Under the pieces are notes generated by a model, which was not told the DNA's origin, did no database searches, and saw only the letters and a list, made by a program, of their open reading frames with translations. Shown piece after piece: positions 15,401 to 23,000 of a stretch of 44,471 nucleotides of DNA (positions within the stretch are counted from its first letter, which is position 1; each line of letters starts with the position of its first letter). The position numbers and the translations under genes are program-made. This stretch comes from an uncultured archaeon (GTDB lineage: Archaea; Aenigmatarchaeota; Aenigmatarchaeia; QMZP01). The DNA lies in NCBI GenBank assembly GCA_964501515.1, contig CAZCSS010000002.1:1-44471 (forward strand). The letters are read 5' to 3'.

Positions 15401-18297
15401 TTTGATGTGACCGTGACGTTGGTCCTGCTCTCATTTGTCCTTGCCGCTATCCCTATATCAGTCCAGTGGGCTGTGGAATTTATTGTATAATTTCCCGGGG
15501 CAGTGTTATTGACTATTGTTATAGTGAAATTATATGAGCACGAACTGCCTGCAGTGAGGTTGCCGCAATAGTAATAATCCTGCGGGGTGGTAAAGTTTCC
15601 GGGAAGACTCAGGGTGATGTTGGTGAAGAAGGATGTGATATTTCCTGTGTTGGTTACATTGACCTTGAGGTCAAATGACTGGCTCTGATAATAGGTCACC
15701 TGGCCGGCAGTGAATCCAGACGGCTCATTGGTGATTGTGAGGTTTGTTCCTGTTACGATTACCTCGAATGTTATGTTTTCGTGGTTGGTGTTGTTGGTTG
15801 TGACGTTAAGGATTCCCTGGTATATCCCCGGGTTCTGGTCAGGGCTTATGTTCACATTTGCCTGAACAACCTGGGAACTCCCGGCAGACAGGCTTGTTAT
15901 GTTCCCGGGGACGAATGTCACTGTTATGTTGGGATCGAGCCCTGTGATGTGGTAGGTTACATTAAGGAGCTCGTCATTTCCATAGGAGAGGACAGTGAAG
16001 TTCACAGTGCTCTGATTTCCCGGCCCTTCAATAGCAGTCAGGGACTCTTCTATTACATCGAGTATGGGGTTGCTTTCCACTGTTATGTTGAACACAGTGT
16101 AGTTGAAACCAGTGGAGTTATCAAAGTTGGTCCAGTTCACGGTGAGATTGACAAAAAGGGTCTGCGGGGCGGTTGCGTTAAGGACTGTGATGTTAAAGCC
16201 CAGTGTGGCATTGGCTTCAGGTGGTATAGTTCCCAGACTCTCATGTGGCAGGGTCTGGTTGGACACAATCTCAGAGGGGAGAACAAGGGAGAAGTTGGCA
16301 GTGTACATGGAGGAGAATCCTGTGTTGTTTATGAACACCTCGAGATAGAAGGTTTCATTATCAAACCATGTCACATTGTAGGCTGTATAGTTTTCGGGTG
16401 TGGGGGTGATAGAGATTGTTGTATTTGCGGCCTCTACATAGTAAGGAGCGGTATCTGTCCCGAAGTTATTATCCCTCGTGGCATTGCAGACGAGATAGTA
16501 TGTTCCCCTGTTCAGGGGAGCTGAAAACTGGACAAGATAAGTGCCGTCTCCATTATCGGTTATGTTGTTTTCTTCTACAGGAACCCCGTCGGCCTCGCAT
16601 GTTACATTGCAGGATGGATATTCCGTATCCTGCCTGTAGTTCGTGATGTTTAGCGTGGCATTTACTATCCTTTCGCCGAGACCGTTTTGGTTCTCAAAGG
16701 TTATATTGGCAAAGAGCTCATCGGTAACAGTGAATGAGCCATTGCTTTCGTTGAGAAAGTATCCGCTGGGATCATAAACCCTGATCGTGAAGTTCCACTC
16801 CCCGAGGACAGAATTGTTTGTGAGGTTGTAATAGGAGGACCAGACGCTGTCAGCAGAAAGAGTGTCACCATGAGAGCCGTCGTCATAGAGAATGATTGTC
16901 ATGTCATCCGAGGGGTTGGTGGTCCCGTTATCAAGTGTGGCATTCACATTGTTTGTCAGGTTCCAGCTGTCAGAGGTTATGTTGCCCATTATTATGGAGG
17001 ATTCGTTGAGGTTGTAATAGAGATGGTCTGTAAGAGGTCTTATATCAACAATCCATCTCTCCGCGCTTCCCAGCGTCACATTTACAGGGTTCATTATCCT
17101 CTTCTGGAAGTCATTCATGTCAAGGATACCTGTGCTGGCGCCACTGACGTTTGTCACGATTATTGTCTCGTGGTAGAGTGATTCATTGGGCTGAATCTCA
17201 ATCTCGTCCATCCAGATTCCTACAGGACCAGTACTGGTTGCACTGGTGTTTGCATAAAAGTTTGCATAGGATTCATTGAGGTTCAGGTAGGCTGCCCACG
17301 GCCTGCCGCCTGATTCCTGCGCAAGAACCCATGAACCCGGGTCAGTAGTGTTCTTGTCGGTTCGGTAGCCGCTCCCGAGGTTGAAGGCCTCGTAAGCATC
17401 AAGCGCCAGCGCGCTGCCATTGGCAGTTCTGTTCACTGGGTTTGTATCCTTGTTCGTGACATTCTGGCTGACTTTTAGCCATGCAGTGCTTTTGTAGAAG
17501 TAGTATCTCTTGTCAAGATAAAGCTGACCTGTCTTGTTGCCGGATTCATTCCAGTATATCTCATCTCCCTCCTGCTTCACTGTTATCCTCACAGGGCCAT
17601 CTGTTATCGTGGCATTGCTTGCGAGGTCAAATCCAAACCTGTCGCTCTCGTTCCCAAACTCTGTCCATTCCCTGGTTCTGTCATTGTCACCGCAGACTAC
17701 CTCGAAGACATAGGCATTTCCGGGTATGTCAAAGATGTCGTATATGCCGGATGTGTGTTCTCCTCTCACTGTATCGATGTTTACAACGAGTCTTGTGGTG
17801 TTTACCTCAATTTCCTCACCGTCCCAAGTCGCATTCATCCCGGTGTCGTAATTCTGCCTGTTGTGGGACTGCTTTTCTTTGATGTCAAAATACAAGGTGA
17901 AATACCTGAGCGTGTTCTGCGGATTGGTCCCGTTAAGAAGGAATACGAGGTCGCCTACAGCGTTGAAGGATGCATTAAAGTCGTCGGCAGGATCGAACTG
18001 GCTCGGGAAGTTTGAATCAATAATCCATCCGGAGGAATTGGTCTCAAAGAGGATGGTGGAATTCTCATCGAACGTGCCTGAAACATTCAGCTGCTGCAAT
18101 ATCTGGGTGAAATTGATGCGGTACTCCACAGGCCAGTCTGTTCTTGTATAGCCGGTTGTGTTGACCGTAAGGGATATCCTGTAATGCCATGTGTTGTTCC
18201 ACCAGGGCACGTCGGGTTGTGAATGCGCGGGCTGGTAGCTGAGAAGCAGGGCGATTGCAAACGTTATAAATACAACTACCAAAATCCTCTTCTTCAT
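12418..18297 (-). CDS. Large secreted, sequon-rich cell-surface protein, 1,959 aa, with C-terminal TM anchor and cytoplasmic coiled-coil/SHOCT-like tail
   Basis: ATG start with a classical signal peptide (MKKRILVVVFITFAIALLLSYQPAHS). There is a long series of beta-strand-like, N-x-S/T-dense modules. They include paired modules ending in PG-h-Y-x-G motifs (DQNPGIYQGILNVTT, GHDPGVYNGSINVTT), typical of CARDB/NEW3/S-layer-type beta sandwiches. Then come a Pro/Gly linker, one more beta-sandwich, a helical segment, a TM helix and an 81-aa charged tail. Confidence 0.9.
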   Translation of the reverse strand: MKKRILVVVFITFAIALLLSYQPAHSQPDVPWWNNTWHYRISLTVNTTGYTRTDWPVEYRINFTQILQQLNVSGTFDENSTILFETNSSGWIIDSNFPSQFDPADDFNASFNAVGDLVFLLNGTNPQNTLRYFTLYFDIKEKQSHNRQNYDTGMNATWDGEEIEVNTTRLVVNIDTVRGEHTSGIYDIFDIPGNAYVFEVVCGDNDRTREWTEFGNESDRFGFDLASNATITDGPVRITVKQEGDEIYWNESGNKTGQLYLDKRYYFYKSTAWLKVSQNVTNKDTNPVNRTANGSALALDAYEAFNLGSGYRTDKNTTDPGSWVLAQESGGRPWAAYLNLNESYANFYANTSATSTGPVGIWMDEIEIQPNESLYHETIIVTNVSGASTGILDMNDFQKRIMNPVNVTLGSAERWIVDIRPLTDHLYYNLNESSIIMGNITSDSWNLTNNVNATLDNGTTNPSDDMTIILYDDGSHGDTLSADSVWSSYYNLTNNSVLGEWNFTIRVYDPSGYFLNESNGSFTVTDELFANITFENQNGLGERIVNATLNITNYRQDTEYPSCNVTCEADGVPVEENNITDNGDGTYLVQFSAPLNRGTYYLVCNATRDNNFGTDTAPYYVEAANTTISITPTPENYTAYNVTWFDNETFYLEVFINNTGFSSMYTANFSLVLPSEIVSNQTLPHESLGTIPPEANATLGFNITVLNATAPQTLFVNLTVNWTNFDNSTGFNYTVFNITVESNPILDVIEESLTAIEGPGNQSTVNFTVLSYGNDELLNVTYHITGLDPNITVTFVPGNITSLSAGSSQVVQANVNISPDQNPGIYQGILNVTTNNTNHENITFEVIVTGTNLTITNEPSGFTAGQVTYYQSQSFDLKVNVTNTGNITSFFTNITLSLPGNFTTPQDYYYCGNLTAGSSCSYNFTITIVNNTAPGNYTINSTAHWTDIGIAARTNESRTNVTVTSNVILLVPENQFTDTMEHNTTTFLGNITLNSTGNSKIINVSYTITGMAGFTFNFTPDFPFNMSPGDVIIVSANLTASAGHDPGVYNGSINVTTGNNGYHIINLSITVPENGSWVMIPEYCERFQNEDTGIVCNVSVNNTGNMLLNFNITPLYENYTYITDTNFSVAKQDYHIFAVYFDITGQGEPKQWQYSNYSINATYNYSVPGERFLFVALNPQIEANIIIVLSPNITQQISNVDIDVTVTSLSGNPIRCDDEGPPPVNCTIMAYVYRPDGNVSNHTLQYNGGQVSGTSYWTTAYPDYLGDVWGNTILRGNYTVSIFIQDNSSVNTTKNETLRIYADLAVTSTTGKPVYKTGDSVTLRYHVMDMNNENLSNVNATVTITDPAGYVLVNNTYTTNQNGTPASSPYPDLFTIKSDYPEGRYAITTHSLFYDNIVPWNVTDTTTNYFDVYDSIGMDAEIVTRDVWFPNSTMTFDLLVKDAAGLPIDPDTMNMTVYYGNPILGNVLFETNLTNGNPAMNKNSTGRYLVSYVMGTTIQSGDYWAVLKATKGGLHTVASRAFSIAAWGPYDLRIELITAEVQQGQWFNFNLIIDNKGEYGRDVDLRYWVEGAGQTWYSLPDAQPTYTPAGQNITVPGTRVFIFSDQPPGIYTLHATINDTLTDAGSETSVTFKVLPGGAPPGPPGPGPTGPAAPAGGGGAPPTPKIEISKYPTEVAVMVGLARFPNIHVRNPGGTNLTNVTLEVSGIPPEWYDISPKSVALLNPNETTVFTFRILVPGGTKAGKRKVIIAAVSGDSRDEKTFDLLIFTSMKELVHYELERLKDALDEFMIKVDNARNIKDLTDVLLLVDEIEKQISKAERYLSDERYEDALDAIYAGWNLLDKAEYLLSTAPNLFVFPWWLALIIAFGIVVAMLVIYIRRISTSLKTLIRGRTTEIGKLTSSVKREDDSEKLKVEKNRLERMLNLLEQQRKQGIISQEAYNSLKKRTETRLAEINRKLS
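12664..12738 (-). other. C-terminal transmembrane helix of the 1,959-aa protein
   Basis: Reverse-complement translation gives LFVFPWWLALIIAFGIVVAMLVIYI, followed by RRISTSLKTLIRGR. The positive-inside rule puts the tail in the cytoplasm. Confidence 0.8.
13306..13392 (-). other. Pro/Gly-rich linker (PGGAPPGPPGPGPTGPAAPAGGGGAPPTP) in the 1,959-aa protein
   Basis: Read directly from the sequence as a local G+C-rich patch. An analogous linker sits in the same relative position in the giant protein (21949..22044). Confidence 0.8.
18220..18297 (-). other. Signal peptide of the 1,959-aa protein
   Basis: It has a basic n-region (MKKR), a hydrophobic h-region (ILVVVFITFAIALLL) and a small-residue c-region (PAHS, then QPD). 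Confidence 0.7.
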
Positions 18298-18320
18298 AAT
18301 AAATAATTAATCAAACCATG

Positions 18321-18329
18321 TAATAAAGC
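18321..18329 (-). promoter_or_regulatory. Possible internal TATA-like box in the 39-nt spacer before the 1,959-aa gene
   Basis: The minus strand reads CTTTATTAC at about -32 to -24 relative to the ATG at 18297. The spacer is otherwise A/T-rich (TTGATTAATTATTTATT directly before the ATG). This could equally be a co-transcribed spacer. Confidence 0.3.
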
Positions 18330-18336
18330 TTCGATA

Positions 18337-20079
18337 TCAGGCACCAAACCCGAGCATTTTCCTTGTCTTTTCGTATGCCTCCCGGCTGATCAGGCCCTTT
18401 CTAAACGAGTTCTCAAGAGCCTGCAGCATTCCATGGTTCTGGGGGTGCCCTGCCGGCCGGGTCTTTGTGGCAACTGGTTCGGAACTCGCGGGCTTCTTCT
18501 CTGCTATAGCATTTTCTTTCGGCATATCCTTCTTCGCATCATCCGGTTTGCCTTTTTCCTCTGATGCTTCTGGTACGGGTTTTGGCCCGGGTTGCATTTT
18601 CCCTGGTTCGGGCTTTCCTGACACGGCCTGTCCGGGTTTTTCAGAAGGCTTTGTCTTGTCATTCTTCATGGCTTCGGGTTCTTCTGGCTTTTTTGTTTTT
18701 TCGTCCTCTGGCCCGGTCTCTGAAGCAGATGGGGATGCTTTGCCGGCAGCAGCTGTTTCCTCTGCCATTATCTGCTTCTCTATATCTTCAAGCCTCTTCG
18801 TGTTTATTTTCTTGGTCTTCTCATAATCTGCCTTGCTTATCTTCTTGGACGCAAGCTGTTCATCAAGCATTGCAAGCAGGCCCTCAATCTCTTCTCTCTG
18901 GGTTTCCAGTTGCCTGAGTTTTGGAGATTTTGAAGAAACAGCGTTACCTGCCCCCCCGGAGGATGCGACCTCAGCAATCCTCTGTTCAACTGTGTTTCTG
19001 AGCATTTCAAGGTCCTCCTTTGAGGCAAATCCCTCAATCTTTGTATTTATCTCCTCAAGAGACTTCATGGTCTCCTGGGAAAGTTCATCCAGGGTCTGCT
19101 GCTTTACCTTGTAAAACATGAATTCTTCAAGTCTCTTGTTAAGCTCTATGAAGATTGAATTCACCCTGTCAGCGAGTTTGGTTATCTTGGCCTCCCTGTC
19201 ATCGATCTCCTTTATCTTGGCCGCCAGACCCTGACTGAACCTGGCCACGTTCTCCAGGCTCCCGAGATCCTTGAATGCGTCCTCTATTGTAGTTACCTTC
19301 TTTATCAGCATGGAAAGCATGTCATCGATCTTGTCCAATCTGGCCTCATGGGTCTTGATTTCGGTTTCCTTTCTCTGCAGGTCTCTGACAAACTGGTCAG
19401 TTTTGAGGTATTTCATGGTGGAGATTGCTTCCTCCATCTTTATCTCCTGCTCGCTCATCCTGCTTTCGAGACTGTTCACGCCCGAACGCAGCTCCCCTAT
19501 CTCCTCCATAATTCTTCTTATGTTTTCCTCTGTGTCTGTTTTTTCATCCTTGATCGCATCAACAAATGTCCTGAGCTTTTCAAACTGTATAGCCAGCTTC
19601 TCGAGTTTTTCTCCAATGCCAGAGGTTTCGGGCCTCAGCTCCTTAACAAATTTCTGGAGGACATCCTGCAGGTCTTTTACAGAAAGGGTTTCAGAAGGCT
19701 TTCCTACAGGGAGGGTTTCAGAAGGCTTCTCCTCGAATTTCTCTTTTTTTTCCTTTCCTATTTCAATCCCTGCAATACTTTCCTCCTCAACAGGTTGGGA
19801 GACCGGAATTTCCATTTCAGCAGCAATCATTTCCCCCACAGTCTTGGGTTTCTTCTCCTCTTTCTTGGGCCTGCCGCCTTTCCTGGATGTCTCCCCTGCC
19901 TTGCTGCTCATCTCATTTATTTTTTTTTCAATCTCCTGGAGGGATTTCTCGTTTTTTTCCTTAACTTCCTTGTAATGCTCCTCTGTTATGCTGGCATCGT
20001 TATATGCTTCTTCAAGCGTCTTCAGGAGCGTTTTGATGTCCTCTCTCTTCTTCTCCAGTTCCTCAAGCGTTTCAGCCAT
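18337..20079 (-). CDS. Cytoplasmic coiled-coil protein, 580 aa, with three SHOCT-like motifs and two E/K/P-rich disordered spacers
   Basis: The ATG is 9 nt after the TAA of the giant gene. There is no signal peptide or TM. The central region (about aa 140-370) is heptad-like helix. SHOCT-like motifs are LLKTLEEAYNDASITEEHYKEVKEKNEKSL (N-terminal), LLAMLDEQLASKKISKADYEKTKKINTKRL (middle) and MLQALENSFRKGLISREAYEKTRKMLG (C-terminal). Confidence 0.87.
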   Translation of the reverse strand: MAETLEELEKKREDIKTLLKTLEEAYNDASITEEHYKEVKEKNEKSLQEIEKKINEMSSKAGETSRKGGRPKKEEKKPKTVGEMIAAEMEIPVSQPVEEESIAGIEIGKEKKEKFEEKPSETLPVGKPSETLSVKDLQDVLQKFVKELRPETSGIGEKLEKLAIQFEKLRTFVDAIKDEKTDTEENIRRIMEEIGELRSGVNSLESRMSEQEIKMEEAISTMKYLKTDQFVRDLQRKETEIKTHEARLDKIDDMLSMLIKKVTTIEDAFKDLGSLENVARFSQGLAAKIKEIDDREAKITKLADRVNSIFIELNKRLEEFMFYKVKQQTLDELSQETMKSLEEINTKIEGFASKEDLEMLRNTVEQRIAEVASSGGAGNAVSSKSPKLRQLETQREEIEGLLAMLDEQLASKKISKADYEKTKKINTKRLEDIEKQIMAEETAAAGKASPSASETGPEDEKTKKPEEPEAMKNDKTKPSEKPGQAVSGKPEPGKMQPGPKPVPEASEEKGKPDDAKKDMPKENAIAEKKPASSEPVATKTRPAGHPQNHGMLQALENSFRKGLISREAYEKTRKMLGFGA

Positions 20080-20088
20080 GCTTTATTT

Positions 20089-23000
20089 TTAGCCTCCTGC
20101 CTTTTCAAGCCTCTTCTTCACAGAGTCTATGTAAGTCTTGGCCATGGTAAACATGGTCTGGCGGGTCTTGTCTTTCGCAAGCTTGAGCTCGAACTCGATG
20201 TCTGTGGTGTCAATCTTCCTGTCTTTGAGGGCTTTAGTCCTTCTCTCGAGCTCTGCTATTTCCTTATCGTATTTTATGTACTCTGCTATGTCCTTGTCAG
20301 AAAGCCTTCCTGTATCGTGCAGGAGCGGCCTGAACTCGATGAAGTAAGGCTTTCCGTCATTGTATTCCGCATTCTGGACCTGGCCTGTTCCTGTCTTTAG
20401 TTTAGTTATTGTTGCCGCGTAATTAAATCCGTACTTCTCCTTGACCCTCCTGATGTCGCCTGTATACTTGGTTCTGAGCTGTATCTCTGTCGAGATGTTG
20501 GCCCTGATGGCTCCCTTGAAGTCCATCAGAACCTGGGATATGAGCCAGAGCCCTATTCCCCATTTTCGGAACTCCCTGCAGCCCCTTTCAAGGGCGACAT
20601 AGCCGCCCTTTCCGCCGTACTTGGGCAGCAGTCTGTGGACCTCGTCATAGAATATCATGCACTTCAGGCTTGTTGCCTCTGGCCAGGGTATCTTGAATAT
20701 ATCTGAAATGGTTTTCCTGACAAAGCCGTCCAGAACCGCGGGCTCAAACTTGTTTATCAGGAACACTGTTATCTCTCCCGGATTCATGTAGTTCCGGATG
20801 TCTATGTCCATGTTGGGGTCTTCAACCTGAACGATGCGCCCCTTGAATCTTCTGGCATCTGTTGGTTTCAGGCCGAACTTGGGATAGAGCTTGAGCATCT
20901 TGGGGTCCCTGCACGGCCTCAGGAAGCCGGTCCACTGGCATGTCGGGTCGAACACTATTACAGGTATCTTTCTCTTGAGCAGCTCCTCGGCACACACCAT
21001 GGCCGAGACCGACTTGCCCGAACCTGTGGAGCCGGCTGATATGCCGTGCATTCTGAGCTGCTGCATATCCCAGTAAGCAACCACATCGGTCTCGGCTATC
21101 TTGCCCACAGGGAATGTGTTTGGTCCTGGCTGCGGGAGTTTCTTGAAGTCCATCGGGAAGATGTATCTGGCCTTCTTGGCGGTTTTCTCTTTGTAATACA
21201 TGTATGCGCGCCTTCCTATATAGAAGCTCGGGAGTATGGCGAAGAGAATGAGATATGTTCCCCAGAACCAGAAAATGTTCCTCAGGGCCACAAGAACAGG
21301 GGGGAGTTCTATCACATCAAAGGTATCTACTGCGATGGCTGCCTTCCTGCCGTTCCAGTAGGTCACATTGGCCTCGAGGGTGTAGCGATCATAAGGTATG
21401 TCTTCTGGAAGGGATATCTGATGCTTCATGGTCTTGACCTGGTCCACAGCGAGTGTTTCCTTTGTCATGTACATCAGTTTTTCGTCCGAAAGCCGCTTGA
21501 CTTTGAATTCTGCCACAATGTCATTGATTGATGCTGTTTCTCCCATGTTTATCAGTGTAAGTTCAAATGTGAGGTTGCCGCCGGGCTCAATGGCTTTTGT
21601 GAGGACTCTGACCTTGACGTCAAGAAGCGGCTCGGGTGTTCTCTCAATCCTGACGGTGACAGGCGTCCTGTGCGTGATGTTCCTGCTGACTATCTCTGTT
21701 ATTATGTCTCCTGTGTATATGCCTGGTGGGGTTGTGGGAAGGGCGTAGAGTTTAACCTTGAGGATGCCCGTATCCTTTCCTGATATGTTCATCTCGGGCT
21801 TTTCTATCTGCACAAGTTCCCATACGTTTCCTTCAACCCGCGTCTTTGCCTGTATCATTGTATCCCTGTTGTTCAGAATCTCTACTGAGTGGATCTCGAA
21901 CTCGCCCTGCTCAAGCGTGACGAATATCAGGGTGGATTTTATCTCAACCGGAACCGAAGGCATGCCGGGCGGGGCCACCATGGCTGCTCCGCCTCCTCCC
22001 CCGCCTGCTGACGGCGGTGGCGGCGGCTGGGGTGTAGGAAGCGGACAGTCAGAGGGGCAGGAAGTGGTAGACTCCCCGTAAGAGGCCTCGCAGGTCCCGT
22101 CGCCGCAGATGAACTGGGCCAGAACATAGACATCTCCCAGCGTAGTGTCAGATGCCGTTACTGTTTCATTTATAACATCAATTGTGCTGGCAAGCCTCGT
22201 CCACGTCCCGTTGCATCTTGTATACTGCTTCCAGCTGTCGCATTTGTACAGAGCAAGGTTGTCTATTGTGAACATGTCAGCGGACTGGGAGTAGTCCATT
22301 GTGATATTGAAACTGCTCGAGTTCATGGCGGTCCTGATGAGGACCCCATTCCTTATGGGGCCGTTTCCTATCTTCATCCTGTTAATGCTACCAAACGTGT
22401 AGGGGTTGTAAACGTCAGCCAGGAGCGGGGTGTTGTATGTTGTGAACGTGTCATTCCATATCCTGGTCACGATGTCATAGTTCCTTCCGTCTATTGTTGC
22501 GTTATAATATCCCGTGTCCGGGTCGCTTGTTACATTTATTATGAGTGTGCTTGATCCGTTTCCGTAAAAGTCAAAGGTCACATTCAGGGGAGCAACATAA
22601 GGCTTTTCAATATCCTCTGCGATTCCCTGGAAGTTCACCGAGGGATATATTTCAAAACTGGTGTTGGTGGTGTTGCAGTTACCTGACTTGTCGCATGCTG
22701 TTACATTCACTGCATATACGCCAAGCTGGGATGTGTCATTCAGGTAGAGTTTGTAGGTATGGACAATGCCTGAACTTGAAACATAGATAAAATCGTACGG
22801 GTATGTGGTTGTGTTCGGGAATGTTATCTCTCCTGCTACACTCTGAACGCCCCCGCCTTCTGTGATGTTGGCTGTTATCACAGCTGTGGTATTGGCAGGT
22901 ATCAGGGGTGGGACATAAAGATCAATGTCTGGTGGATTGGGGTCAAAGTATACAATGGAATCGTGCTCAAAGTCAGACAAAACCAGAGATATGTTGGTGA

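Noticed and set aside
19348-20400. 350-aa plus-strand ORF, together with 19271..19975 (234 aa).
   Set aside because: It is antisense to the 580-aa gene and runs across the junction into the giant gene. It has low-complexity L/F/S composition and no promoter-like context.
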